In this document: positions 37,160-47,826 of the stretch, one piece after another
Layout: each line of letters begins with the position of its first letter
How positions within the stretch are numbered: position 1 is the stretch's first letter
Source: Abditibacteriaceae bacterium
GTDB lineage: Bacteria; Armatimonadota; Abditibacteriia; Abditibacteriales; Abditibacteriaceae
Direction: 5' to 3'
Length of the DNA: 64,000 bases
NCBI GenBank assembly: GCA_965277285.1
Contig: OZ255721.1
Span: 2,176,001-2,240,000 of the forward strand
Notes under the pieces: generated by a model
Databases searched by the model: none
Told to the model about the DNA's origin: nothing
Seen by the model: the letters and a program-made list of their open reading frames with translations, nothing else
Translations under genes and position numbers: made by a program

Positions 37160-38482
37160 TTATCCCGCGATTAAGCGGCGTGCTCCGGCGTAATGTTCGA
37201 CCCAGAACGGATCGTCGAGGCTGGAAACGATGGTGCCTTTGCCAGTTCCCGCCGCGTTGATGAAGCGACGGCGCCCCAGATAAATGCCGACGTGCGAAAC
37301 GCCCGCTTTATACGTATTTTTGAAGAAAACAATATCGCCTGGCTTGAGCAATTCTTGCGCGATGGGCGTTCCATAATTGAACTGTTCGGCGGCGGAATGC
37401 GGCAAAGCGCGATAACCCAAATCGCGCATCACAACGATGATGAAGCCGGAGCAATCGAAGCCGTTGCGCGATTCGCCGCCCCACACATAAGGCGTTCCCG
37501 CGTAACGCATCGCCACGCGCACAAACGGATTCAAGCCTTTGGCATCCGGCCCGGCGTTCAGCATCGCGGTGCGCAAGGTCGCGCCGACGCTCAGCAGTTG
37601 TTTTTGACCTCGGCTTAATGTATCGTTCGCGCGATCCAAACCGCGATCGGCGCGCATCAAATCGGCTTCGAGTTGCGCCAGCAAAATGCGGTCTTTATGG
37701 CGCGAACTCAAAATTGCCGGATCGCGGCGCGGTGTTGCGCTTGACGGCAGCACAGTCGCAACACGCGATGGCAAGACAATTGTTTTAGACGGCGACTCTG
37801 CCGTCGGCATCACAGCATGAGATACACGTTGAGGAGCCGCGATCATTGGCGAAACAGATGTTTGTAGCAGCGGCTTTTTGTGGCTCGGCAACGGCGTGGA
37901 GATCGCGGTTTTGGCCGCATTATGCGCAATTGGCGTGGTCACAACCGGCGAAGCAGGAACTGGCACAATCGTTTCTGGATTGCGCGATGGATTTGTTAGC
38001 GCCAGGTAATTTTGCACCACATCATCGGAAACCGCAGGCACTGAAGCCAGGCGAACTGGTACAGCAACCAATCGAGTACTCGATTGTGTTTTCTTTATTG
38101 AACTGATGGTCTGGTTATCGCGCGATGCTGCGTCTGGTGTGCTGAAGCGCTGTGGCGTATGCGCGATATTGCGCGCTGCAAAGAGCGACGTTTCTGCGAG
38201 GACGTTACGTTTCCTGTGGAGCGGCGACACAGCCGAGGAAACGGGAACTACGTCGCGGCTGGGCACCAGAGTCGCCGCTGGCTGATCGCTCGAAACCGAA
38301 CTGGCAGTTGATGAACTGGCAGTTGATGGAGCAATTGCAGAACGGACAACGGCAGAACGGACAACGGCAGAACTGGCGAGAGACGGCAGGCTGGCCGTGA
38401 AAATAGTGAGAAAGGAAGCGAAAGTTACGCGGGAAAATTTCAAGAGGACACCTGAGAAAACTCGATTACGATGGACTGTCAC
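37160..38482 (-). CDS. NlpC/P60 (C40) peptidoglycan endopeptidase with low-complexity N-terminus
   Basis: GTPYVWGG, FDCSG, PGDIVFF, HVGIY; start uncertain. Confidence 0.9.
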   Translation of the reverse strand: MTVHRNRVFSGVLLKFSRVTFASFLTIFTASLPSLASSAVVRSAVVRSAIAPSTASSSTASSVSSDQPAATLVPSRDVVPVSSAVSPLHRKRNVLAETSLFAARNIAHTPQRFSTPDAASRDNQTISSIKKTQSSTRLVAVPVRLASVPAVSDDVVQNYLALTNPSRNPETIVPVPASPVVTTPIAHNAAKTAISTPLPSHKKPLLQTSVSPMIAAPQRVSHAVMPTAESPSKTIVLPSRVATVLPSSATPRRDPAILSSRHKDRILLAQLEADLMRADRGLDRANDTLSRGQKQLLSVGATLRTAMLNAGPDAKGLNPFVRVAMRYAGTPYVWGGESRNGFDCSGFIIVVMRDLGYRALPHSAAEQFNYGTPIAQELLKPGDIVFFKNTYKAGVSHVGIYLGRRRFINAAGTGKGTIVSSLDDPFWVEHYAGARRLIAG

Positions 38483-38578
38483 GTATAAGACGAGGATGCA
38501 ACGAACAAAATCGAGAGCGGCTCCAGTTTCGCATATTTTCGCGGCCCCTGCTCTTTGAATTTTCTTACGAAAAAAGGT

Positions 38579-41434
38579 TCATGACGAATGGCTCAAGCGC
38601 ACAGTGGCCGACGCGCCATAGCTTTGCGAGTAAGCCCACAACACGGTGGGACGTAACGCGACACGTTCGCCTGGCGCCAACCCGCCGACGATCTGCTGCG
38701 AGTTGCCCTGCACTGCGCCCAGTTCGACACGGCGCCATTCAATGCGATGAATACCAGCGCCGCTGAGATCGTGAACCGGAGTTAAAACCGCGACCATAGC
38801 CGATGTCGGACTGGCATTTCCAGTACTCGATGCCACGTTTGATGCAGCATTTTGCCCAGCATTCGGCGTGGCATTCAGCGATGGTGCGGCATTGCTGGAA
38901 AAAGGCGAGGTCGTGCCATGCGGAGTTTGAACGACGTAACTTGGCGCTTTGGTCATCGCAGCGCCCAATTTAGGAGCTGCGCTTGGCGTCGTAATAGATG
39001 AATTTGAATGAGCCGTTGACGGTGGCAAAGTCACAGGCGCGGCAAAAGGTTGTTTCGCAGGATGTGATGGTGCGGACAAAAGCGCCGAGCGCGGCACGCT
39101 GATGGCGTTGCTTTGTCCTTGTCGGTCAAGCGAATACCAGACCGTCATGCCGGAACGAAGGCGGGGGACGCGTGCGGATTGGCCTAAATGTGCATTATCC
39201 GGTGCGGGAAAAACGACGGCGCGCACTAACGCCGGGTCGCCCGCTTGATCGGGCGGCGTCACGCTTTCGATGCGCGCTGTTACGGGCGTCGCATCGGCGT
39301 TATTGGCGTTATTAATGTTGGTCGCGCTCGTTTGCGAGGCTTGATTTGGCGTAGTTGTAACGGATCGAGTACTCGATGCGAAGACAGCCGGACGATGCAC
39401 CGAATCACTGACAAGCGCGGGAAAAACGCTGTCGACTTTGAGGTTACGCCACAAGCCGGAGTAATCGACAAAGCGCGCCTGCAACTCGCCGCGTTGTCCC
39501 ATTTTCAAAATCGGGTCGCCTTGATTCACGTTGTCCGCGACGGCAGCAATCCAGTTAATGGTGCCCGATGCGGGAGCGCGCATCACCGACAAATTGGCGC
39601 GCAGCGTGCGATCCAGCGAGCTTTGTTCAGCGCTGCCCAGTTCGCTGCTGCTCGACACGAGGGTTTCTCCGGTGGTTTTCGCTTGCTGCGCGTAATCGTC
39701 AACTTCGGCTTTCAAGCGGCGCGCTTCGTTTTGCGCGTCAGCGCTCTCAGTTGTTGCCGCGCTCACCATGCGCACCGCATCGCTAATTGACGGTAGATTC
39801 CGTGAATTTTCACGCGACGGTTTTCTCACGGGACGCGAAGTAGGACGATTTCCTGTGCTGCCATCGTCGCCAAAAACCTGCAACTGACGCAACAAGCGCG
39901 TCGAACGCTCCTGCGCCGCTTGTGCAGCAGATTGCGTGCTGGAAGCTTCATCGGCCAGACTGCGCGCTTTCGCTCGTGCTTGCGCCGCATCGGAAGTTGC
40001 ATCTTTCGCGCGCGATTCGGCTTCATCCACCGTGGCTTGAGAAACCGTTATTTTGTGAACGGGACGAGGCGTTGCAGTGGGCTTGGCGTCGTTTTTCGTA
40101 TCGCTGTCCGAACGCGCCAAAGGTTCCGTATCTGCTGCATCGCTGGCATTAGATGAAGCGGCGGCTTCGCTGACTTCACGTTCGCGGGTGGAGCGCAATT
40201 TTCGCGCTTTTTGCGTCAGCGCTCGTGCGCTCGCTTCAGCATCGTCAGCAGTGTTTTGAGCAATGGCGGCTTTGCTTTTCGCGCGCTCGGCTTTGTGCTC
40301 GGCGCTTTGCGTTTCGGCGAGCGCCGCAGCCCGCGCTTCGGTCGCTGCGTGTTGCGCGTTTTCATTGTCGCCCCTGGGCGCGGGCGCATCGTTGCTGGCG
40401 CTGTTGGCGGCATTGTCGGTGTTGTTCGAGTACTCGCTGGTCGAATTTGTATCGCTGGAAGAAACGCCGGCTTGCAGTTGTCGCACGATTTCGGTGGCCT
40501 GAGCGATACGTGTTTTGGCACGAATGACACGCGATTGGGCTGCTGCGAGTTGCGTTTGCGCCCGATCCATTTTCAATTGAAGGCTGCTTTGCGCTTTGGA
40601 CGCTTCGACCTGAGCGGCTTCAGCACGATGATTGGAAGCGCGCGGTGCGTTGTCTTCCGGCAAAACCGAGGATGAAGACGCGATCCGCAAAATGCGATCG
40701 CCGACTTCGACGTGCTGCCCTTCTGTGACCCAAACGCGCGTAATCTGTCCCGCAATTGGCGCTTTTCCTGTCACGCCGCGTGTTTCGCGCAAAAGCGCGT
40801 GCCACACCACCGAACCGGCTGTGGCTCGCGGTTGCACGACGAGCGTTTGTGCTTCGGGCACCACCGCGTTTTGCGCCGACAAAGGTGTTTCCAGAGAAGT
40901 ATCGCTCGCGGGAAGATTGGTTTCGCCAACCAAGGGTCGCCCCAAACTTTGGTGGCGCGCCGCCCATCCCAAGCCCAACAAGAGAAACGCCGGAATGCTG
41001 GCCAAAACTGCCGGAGAAAGTTTGATCGGCGACAATCGGCTCGCAGGCACGCGCGGCATTTCGCTTTCACCGCGTGCCACGCCCGAGCGCAAAAATCGCA
41101 GTGATTCGGCAGAAGGCACTTCAAGAATCGGTACTTCAGGCGAGGACGTTTCGCGCGCCGGAACTTCATTCGCCGCAATGTTATCTGGCATCTTTACATG
41201 CGAAGCGATGTCGGCAAGCCGCGCTTTTTCTTGCGCGCCATTAACATCATTAGCGCCGTTGCGTTGCACGTCCAAAAGTGCTGACGCCAAACCGTTCGCC
41301 GCCGCCAAACCGTTCGCCGCCAAACCGTTCGCCGCAGATTCGTCCACAGAAGACGCTGCATCAGGTTGCTTGGCGGTTTCAGCAACGGGCGAGGACGAAA
41401 AAGATGATGTGGGATCGTGCAAAGAGCTTGGCAT
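38579..41434 (-). CDS. Very large periplasmic adaptor (HlyD/RND membrane-fusion)-like protein
   Basis: One TM helix, lipoyl halves APIAGQITRVWVTEGQHVEVGD and RAPASGTI..V.QGDPI, long coiled coil, RRVELG...IVGGLAPGERV. Confidence 0.7.
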   Translation of the reverse strand: MPSSLHDPTSSFSSSPVAETAKQPDAASSVDESAANGLAANGLAAANGLASALLDVQRNGANDVNGAQEKARLADIASHVKMPDNIAANEVPARETSSPEVPILEVPSAESLRFLRSGVARGESEMPRVPASRLSPIKLSPAVLASIPAFLLLGLGWAARHQSLGRPLVGETNLPASDTSLETPLSAQNAVVPEAQTLVVQPRATAGSVVWHALLRETRGVTGKAPIAGQITRVWVTEGQHVEVGDRILRIASSSSVLPEDNAPRASNHRAEAAQVEASKAQSSLQLKMDRAQTQLAAAQSRVIRAKTRIAQATEIVRQLQAGVSSSDTNSTSEYSNNTDNAANSASNDAPAPRGDNENAQHAATEARAAALAETQSAEHKAERAKSKAAIAQNTADDAEASARALTQKARKLRSTREREVSEAAASSNASDAADTEPLARSDSDTKNDAKPTATPRPVHKITVSQATVDEAESRAKDATSDAAQARAKARSLADEASSTQSAAQAAQERSTRLLRQLQVFGDDGSTGNRPTSRPVRKPSRENSRNLPSISDAVRMVSAATTESADAQNEARRLKAEVDDYAQQAKTTGETLVSSSSELGSAEQSSLDRTLRANLSVMRAPASGTINWIAAVADNVNQGDPILKMGQRGELQARFVDYSGLWRNLKVDSVFPALVSDSVHRPAVFASSTRSVTTTPNQASQTSATNINNANNADATPVTARIESVTPPDQAGDPALVRAVVFPAPDNAHLGQSARVPRLRSGMTVWYSLDRQGQSNAISVPRSALLSAPSHPAKQPFAAPVTLPPSTAHSNSSITTPSAAPKLGAAMTKAPSYVVQTPHGTTSPFSSNAAPSLNATPNAGQNAASNVASSTGNASPTSAMVAVLTPVHDLSGAGIHRIEWRRVELGAVQGNSQQIVGGLAPGERVALRPTVLWAYSQSYGASATVRLSHSS

Positions 41435-41968
41435 AACAGCGAAGAAATCAAAGGTTCGCAAACGATGCAGCGACAACTAAAACGAGCAATCAATGTTATT
41501 AGGATGGCAAACGCTCAGCGAGCTGCTATTTGAGAAAACCTCAACTATCGAAAATACTTTCCAGCAGAGTTTTAGTGGCAATAAAATCAAGGCATATTTT
41601 ACGCGCCCTCCTCGGTTCCCGCAACGCGCAGCAAGCTCGAAATGTCCGCTGCAGACGCCAATTCAGCAATAAAGAGCGTGGAAGTTTTCTGGAGCCTCAG
41701 CCTGCGTCTTCGCATCTTTTGCGTTACCCACGTTGTCTTTCGTTGAAGCGACGCGCCTTGCAAATCGCGCAAAGGTCGTGCTACGTAAAGGTACAAAATG
41801 TTCCACCTTTTGCAACCTGTGTTGCGGGTCTCCGATGACTTTCGTTTGTCGCGTTCACGCTCCAATCGAGTACTCGATTTGGTCAAGTTGAACTTTATCG
41901 TTTGTTGCGTCACGGCTTGTGTCGCGCCATGTCTTTTGAGAATCGTCATTTTAGAGTAATATCAGCGT

Positions 41969-42415
41969 ATGTTGCCTTCTTCCACTTCTTCGTCTTCAGG
42001 CGCGCACGAGCGGCTCTGGATCATCGGGCTGAGCATTGCGCTGGCGGTTTATTCTCTGGTCGTCGGCGTTGCGTTGCTGGCGGGCGCGTTGTCGCCGTTT
42101 CATGCTTCGTGGCTGCTGGCTTTGGTGCCCTTTGTTTTGGCATGCTGGTATGTTTATGGATTTTTGCAGCCGAATCCGTCATCAAAAGGCACTTCGGCGC
42201 CCGATTTTGGTTTATTGTTGTCGGCTGGCGGCTGGGCGCTGACGCTTTTATCGTTGCTCATTGCGCAACCTGCGCCAATTCCAAGTAACGCGACTTCTTC
42301 ATCGAGCGATGTCACAGCGGCATTTTGCGGCGTACTGGCGTTGTTGTGCCTTTTGTGCGGCGCCATTTTATCCTGGCGCTCGTGGAATGAAACGGCATCC
42401 CACAACGCGATATGA
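41969..42415 (+). CDS. Hypothetical membrane protein (4 TM)
   Basis: Four hydrophobic helices. Confidence 0.7.
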   Translation: MLPSSTSSSSGAHERLWIIGLSIALAVYSLVVGVALLAGALSPFHASWLLALVPFVLACWYVYGFLQPNPSSKGTSAPDFGLLLSAGGWALTLLSLLIAQPAPIPSNATSSSSDVTAAFCGVLALLCLLCGAILSWRSWNETASHNAI

Positions 42416-42584
42416 ATGCGGAAGAACGCGCTGACTTTGTAATTTTTCGTATCCTGTTTAAGAGAATAGAAGGTGAAGAAACAAAGGCGCGCTTGAATAC
42501 TCAAATCGAGTACTCGAATTGCGGCGGCTTAGATTTTACGGCTGTGATTGAGGGTTGGCGATTGAGATTTGACAAAGGGGAATT

Positions 42585-43709
42585 ATGGCTTTCGATTTGG
42601 ATGGATTGTTGCAATTTGCAGTTAAAAATAACGTGTCGGACATTTTCCTTAAAACAGCGACGCCGCCGACGGTGCGTTTGAATGGTGCTTGCAAGCAGCT
42701 TAACCATCCCGCTTTGACCAACGAAGAAATCGAAGCGGCGATGCAGCGCATCATGCACGGCGATCAGTGGGCGAAGTTTCAGGAAAACCCGGACGCCGAC
42801 TTGTCTTATGTGATTCCCAACGTTTCGCGTTTTCGCGTCAACGCTTACCGCGAGCGTGGCGGCGCAGCGATGGTTTTGCGCGTCGTGCAAATGAAAATTC
42901 GCCAGTTCAGCGAACTGGGTTTGCCGCCTGTTTTAGCCGATTTCACGCGCCACCGCGACGGCTTGGTTCTTATCACTGGCCCGACGGGAAGCGGCAAATC
43001 GACCACGCTGGCCGCCATGATCGACCTCATCAATCAGGAAAAACGCGATCATATCGTAACGATTGAAGACCCGATTGAATACGTTCATCCCGACAAAAAC
43101 TCGATTGTCTCGCAGCGCGAAATCGGCATGGATACCAGAAACTTCGGTGCCGCTTTGCGCGCCAGCCTGCGCGAAGCGCCGGATGTGATTTTGGTCGGCG
43201 AGTTGCGCGACCAGGAAACGATGGCGATTTGTTTACAGGCGGCGGAAACCGGTCACCTTGTGATGAGTACTCTTCATACGGCGTCCGCTGCGGAAAGCAT
43301 GGAGCGCATGCTTTCGATGTTCCAGCCGCACGAGAAAGCGCTCGTTCAAACGCGCTTGAGCAAAACCTTGCGCGCTATCGTGTCGCAAAAATTGGTGCCG
43401 ACAATTGATGGCAAAGGTCGCGTTTGCGCGCTCGAGATATTAAATGTTTCGCCAACTGTGGCACAATATGTCGAAGAAGGGCGTACCGGACAGATTTATC
43501 AGGCAATCAAAGAAGGCGCCAGCCAGTGGCAAATGCAGACCATGAACATGGCGCTGGACAAGTTTTATAAAGCGGGCCAGATTTCACACGAGCAGGCTTT
43601 GGATCAATCGAGCCACCGTTCCGAACTGCGCCAAATGTTGCGCCTGACCGATAAAGCTCCCGTTACAGCCGCAGACGAAACCGAAGAGACCGAAGACAGC
43701 GAGGAATAA
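42585..43709 (+). CDS. pilT: PilT/PilU-family type IV pilus retraction ATPase
   Basis: GPTGSGKSTTLAA, TIEDPIE, QREIG, LREAPDVILVGELRD, AETGHLV.STLHT. Confidence 0.9.
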   Translation: MAFDLDGLLQFAVKNNVSDIFLKTATPPTVRLNGACKQLNHPALTNEEIEAAMQRIMHGDQWAKFQENPDADLSYVIPNVSRFRVNAYRERGGAAMVLRVVQMKIRQFSELGLPPVLADFTRHRDGLVLITGPTGSGKSTTLAAMIDLINQEKRDHIVTIEDPIEYVHPDKNSIVSQREIGMDTRNFGAALRASLREAPDVILVGELRDQETMAICLQAAETGHLVMSTLHTASAAESMERMLSMFQPHEKALVQTRLSKTLRAIVSQKLVPTIDGKGRVCALEILNVSPTVAQYVEEGRTGQIYQAIKEGASQWQMQTMNMALDKFYKAGQISHEQALDQSSHRSELRQMLRLTDKAPVTAADETEETEDSEE

Positions 43710-43798
43710 TCACCAAAACTTAGGTTCAACTTCGCGCCCAGCGTCAGCACAATAAAGTTGGCATGACCAGCGTTGAGTAACCGACACGATTTTCCGGA

Positions 43799-45394
43799 TT
43801 GTTCCGTGGTAGCAGCATATTTCGAGTACTGGAAAGGGATTCGCTCCCCGTCGAGCGAAAAGGCGGGCGTTTTTTGGCTCAACTCGATCAGATTATTGCG
43901 CATCTCGCGCAACGCAACATGGATCGCGCCGTTTTGTGCAGCGACGAACCGATGCACTTTTTTCATGGAATGCAAGATTATTCCGGGCCGGTTTTAACGG
44001 CGCAGCAGGTTCGCAGCATCGCTCAGGACGGCACGCCGCCGGTTCTCAAGCCGCAACTCGCCTACGACAATTCGTTTCATTTTCCCTACCAGTCGCCGCA
44101 CGGCACCTTCGATGTCACCATTACGCGCCGCGACGCCAACCTCAAAATCGTCGTCTCGCAGCCACAAAACCAAAACGCCGCTTCAACTGCATCGCCGCCA
44201 GATGCTGCCGCTTCAAATCCGTCAACGGATGTGGTTCCTGAAACAATTCCGGTTCCGATGACATTGCAAAACGCCGCTCCGCCAGTTGCCGCCGCGAAAC
44301 AGCCTTTGCATCACATGGACGAACTGTTTCATCTCATGGAAAAATTGGGCGCCAGCGATTTGCATTTGTCCTCCAGCGAAGTGCCGATGATGCGCGTTCA
44401 AGGCACCATGCGCAAGTTCAACGAGTACTCGATTCTCGAATCGGAAGCGTTGCAGCGTTTGTTGTTTCAAATCACGCCGCGCCGCAACCAGGAAGAATGG
44501 CAGCACGCGCACGATACCGATTTTTCTTATGAAGTTCCCGTTGTCGGGCGTTTCCGCTGCAACCTTTTCGCGGACAGGCACGGCATCGGCGGCGTTTTTC
44601 GCTTGATTCCCTCGAAAATTAAAACGGTGCAAGATTTGTCTTTGCCCAAAGCGATGACCGATTTTTGTTTTCTTTCCAAAGGCTTGATCGTTGTCACTGG
44701 CCCGACGGGAAGCGGCAAATCGACCACTTTGGCGGCGCTCATCGATCACATCAACAAAAACCGCACTGATCACATCGTGACGGTGGAAGATCCGGTCGAA
44801 TTTGTCCATGAAAATATCAAGTGCTTAATTAATCAGCGCGAAGTTCACGTCAATACCGATTCGTTCGCGGCAGCTTTGCGCGCCAGTCTGCGCGAAGATC
44901 CCGACATCGTAATGGTCGGCGAAATGCGCGATCTGGAAACCACGCGACGCGCCATCGAAGCGGCGGAAACCGGACACTTAGTTTTTGGCACGCTGCACAC
45001 GTCGAGCGCCGCCTCGACGGTTGACCGCATCATCGACCAGTTTCCCGCCGAAGAACAAGCGCAAATTCGCGTCATGTTGTCGGAAACCTTGAAAGGCGTC
45101 GTCGCGCAAACTCTTTTGCGCACCAAAGACGGACAACGCGTCGTCGCCTTTGAACTGCTGTTGGTTCCAACGTCGGTTTCCAACCTGATCCGCGAAGGCA
45201 AAACTTTTCAATTGCCCTCGCAAATTCAAATCGGCAAAAATCTGGGCATGATGACGATGAACGACTCGATTCTAATTCACGTTAAAAGCGGGCGCGTCGA
45301 TGCGCAGGAAGGTTACCTCAAAGCCGTCGACAAAAATGGCTTGCTGTCGTCCTTCGAGGCCAACGGCATTCCCCTGCCCAGCGGCCTCGCCTGA
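43799..45394 (+). CDS. pilT: PilT-family ATPase with an extra N-terminal domain
   Basis: ASDLHL, GPTGSGKSTT, LREDPD, AETGHLVFGTLHT, SVSNLIREGK; about 180 extra N-terminal residues; start uncertain. Confidence 0.9.
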   Translation: MFRGSSIFRVLERDSLPVERKGGRFLAQLDQIIAHLAQRNMDRAVLCSDEPMHFFHGMQDYSGPVLTAQQVRSIAQDGTPPVLKPQLAYDNSFHFPYQSPHGTFDVTITRRDANLKIVVSQPQNQNAASTASPPDAAASNPSTDVVPETIPVPMTLQNAAPPVAAAKQPLHHMDELFHLMEKLGASDLHLSSSEVPMMRVQGTMRKFNEYSILESEALQRLLFQITPRRNQEEWQHAHDTDFSYEVPVVGRFRCNLFADRHGIGGVFRLIPSKIKTVQDLSLPKAMTDFCFLSKGLIVVTGPTGSGKSTTLAALIDHINKNRTDHIVTVEDPVEFVHENIKCLINQREVHVNTDSFAAALRASLREDPDIVMVGEMRDLETTRRAIEAAETGHLVFGTLHTSSAASTVDRIIDQFPAEEQAQIRVMLSETLKGVVAQTLLRTKDGQRVVAFELLLVPTSVSNLIREGKTFQLPSQIQIGKNLGMMTMNDSILIHVKSGRVDAQEGYLKAVDKNGLLSSFEANGIPLPSGLA

Positions 45395-45638
45395 TTGATT
45401 GCGCCTTTCGAGTAGGGGAATCGAGTACTCGATACAGGATAAAACCCGCGCTTCAGCCTTCAAAAAGCGCGGGTTTTGCTTTGTCTTCAAGCGAAAAGGC
45501 CAAAGATGTGCGACGAGTGACTTTTGATTTTCTCGCGTCTTTTGTCAAGATTGTTAAGATTTGCGCCGCGCCAATTTGAGCGCGGTAAAATAAGGGTCGG
45601 TCTCATCAAGAAAAGTCACATTTCAGGAGAAAAACTCC

Positions 45639-47441
45639 ATGAGCAATTTTAGTTTCAAAGACGACGATGACGATTTGAGTGCTTTGCCCTCGGTCGATGA
45701 ATCGTTGCCAGCCGCTTCGCCAAAACCTACGCCTTCCAAAGCTGTGCCGCCAAAAGCTACGCCGCCTCAAAAGGCGAGTGTGGCCAAAAGCGTCGCATCG
45801 CCTACGGCACCATCAGTTCCCACGCCAAAGGCGCCGCTGCCCAAAGTGCCGCTTCCAACAACTCCAAAGCCGACGGCTCCAACGCCGCAAGTTGCGTTGC
45901 CCAGCGTGCCAGTAGCTAAAGCACCTTCGCCTGTTGCGCCAACGACGCCCGCTGCGCCATTACCTGCAAGCGCCGCGCGTTCTGTCGCACCCGCATCCGG
46001 AACAGCGGCGAGACCCGCGCCAGGCGCTGCACCTCCACGTCCTTCAACGCCGCCAGGCGCTGCAACGTCAGGCACACCGACGGCGCGCACTGCTGCGAAT
46101 ACGGGCGGCGCGGCACCTGCCAGAACGCCTGCGCCTTCGCCAGCCGCGCCGCCTAAAGTTGCAACGCCGCCTGCGCCAACCCTTCCGCCGACAGCATCCA
46201 GCGCGGCGCGTCCGGTTGCCGCGCGCCCAACGACAGGAAGTACGGCGCCTAAAGCGGCAACAAGCGCGGCGCCCTTACCAGCGTTGACGGATGAAGGATT
46301 GAGTGGCGAATTGGCGCATCGTCAGACGAAGCTTTCGGCGAAACCGCAAGTTAAAAACGTCCACCAATCGGCCTTGAGTCGAGTACTCGATACCCTCACG
46401 CCAGTCGCGGTTTGGCTTCTGCGCGCGGCAGCGGTTTTGGGCGGCTTAGCGCTGCTGTACATAATTTATGGAGTGGTCAGCGGAGCGTTGACGCAAGGTG
46501 GCGAAGACCCGCGCATTATCAGCAACATCGCCACTGCTGGAGGAGTTTTGCGCTGGGCGTTATTGGGCGCCGCGTTGGGCATCTTCATTTTGATGTGGGA
46601 CGACCGTATCACCGGAATTTTGACAGTGATTTTAGGTCTGGCGCTTTATTTTGGAGCTGTACCTTTGCTGGGCGCAGTGGGCCGGACAACCGCGATCTGG
46701 ACGCTGGCCAACCAACTCAGCATTGGTGGCCACGCGCTGGCAGCGTTGGGTTTGGCGAAATGCGTTTGCGATTTGGCGGGCTGGGTTATCGAACTGCCCG
46801 AACGAATGCGCGTGCGCGCCGATGTGGGCGTGGCGCAACAAGCCGAGCCGCGACAACAACGCGAAGCGCAAAACGCCAATATGTTTTCGCCGTGCTGGAA
46901 ATTGCCGTTTTGCCGCGAAGTGATTCGCAAGCAATGTCCGGCATTTATAGCGAAAACGACGTGCTGGAAGTTTGGGCGCGGCTGCTATTGCGACGAAGAA
47001 ATGATTTCGCGCATCATTCGCGGCGAATCGATGGACAACGTGAAAGCGCCAACACGCATGAGCCGCCAGGGAAAACCACCGTGTCATCGCTGCTACATCT
47101 TCCTGGAACATCAAGGCTTGAAGTATCGCATCGCCAGCCCATTGGCGGTTCCCGCGACCATTGCGATCATGTATTTCGGCTGGCCAGTTTATGTGGGACT
47201 AACCGGAAAAATCGGCGGTTCTCTGCAATGGTTGTGGGACAGATTGGCGTTTCACGGCACGACCGCAGTCACTGATGTCACCAGCAAAATTGCGGATCAG
47301 GCCGCCAAAGCGCCGTCAACTCTTTCGCCCGAACAAGTGCAACACGCCGCGCAAACCATGTTCGGCGTGCTGATCGGCTTTTACGTGCTGATCATGATTT
47401 CTAAAGGCATCGAATGGGCAATTTACAAAGCCCGTTGGTAA
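45639..47441 (+). CDS. Membrane protein with Pro-rich N-terminus and Cys-rich two-CW-like domain
   Basis: AGGAG RBS; about 6 TM helices; CW-x4-C-x7-CPA-x6-CW-x5-CYC ... CxxC. Confidence 0.75.
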   Translation: MSNFSFKDDDDDLSALPSVDESLPAASPKPTPSKAVPPKATPPQKASVAKSVASPTAPSVPTPKAPLPKVPLPTTPKPTAPTPQVALPSVPVAKAPSPVAPTTPAAPLPASAARSVAPASGTAARPAPGAAPPRPSTPPGAATSGTPTARTAANTGGAAPARTPAPSPAAPPKVATPPAPTLPPTASSAARPVAARPTTGSTAPKAATSAAPLPALTDEGLSGELAHRQTKLSAKPQVKNVHQSALSRVLDTLTPVAVWLLRAAAVLGGLALLYIIYGVVSGALTQGGEDPRIISNIATAGGVLRWALLGAALGIFILMWDDRITGILTVILGLALYFGAVPLLGAVGRTTAIWTLANQLSIGGHALAALGLAKCVCDLAGWVIELPERMRVRADVGVAQQAEPRQQREAQNANMFSPCWKLPFCREVIRKQCPAFIAKTTCWKFGRGCYCDEEMISRIIRGESMDNVKAPTRMSRQGKPPCHRCYIFLEHQGLKYRIASPLAVPATIAIMYFGWPVYVGLTGKIGGSLQWLWDRLAFHGTTAVTDVTSKIADQAAKAPSTLSPEQVQHAAQTMFGVLIGFYVLIMISKGIEWAIYKARW

Positions 47442-47624
47442 GTACCTGTGGCAAATGTCTGCAACTAAAAAGAACGAGTACTCAAATCGAGTACTCGTTC
47501 TTTCTTTGTTTTACACGTTGTTTCCGCAGGCAAAAATTGACAGGCAAAAATCGAGACGGCGCAGCGCACTTTCAGTTTGCTTTACGTGCGAATTAGCCCA
47601 GAGAAAGTACAAAGAACCATCAAA

Positions 47625-47706
47625 GTGGCAGTTTGTCATTCTAAGCGCAGTGAAGAATCTAACTGTAACCAGATTCTTCACTGCGCTCAGAATGACAAAC
47701 TGCCAC
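47625..47706. repeat. REP hairpin (GTCATTCTGAGCGCAGCGAAGAATCT family)
   Basis: 36-bp arms with a compensatory C>T / G>A pair. Confidence 0.9.
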
Positions 47707-47826
47707 CTTGCAACGTTGTTTTTTACTTTGCAAAGTGATTCTTAGGGCGACATACTGAAGTTCCTATCGACCTTACGGAAGCGACCAATGGCTTTAAAAC
47801 TTTGCCGAGATAGCTGAAAGGCAGCG

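Noticed and set aside
41480..41950. tmRNA or other structured RNA in the long intergenic gap
   Set aside because: No tRNA-like ends, convincing tag peptide or recognisable Rfam motif seen by eye
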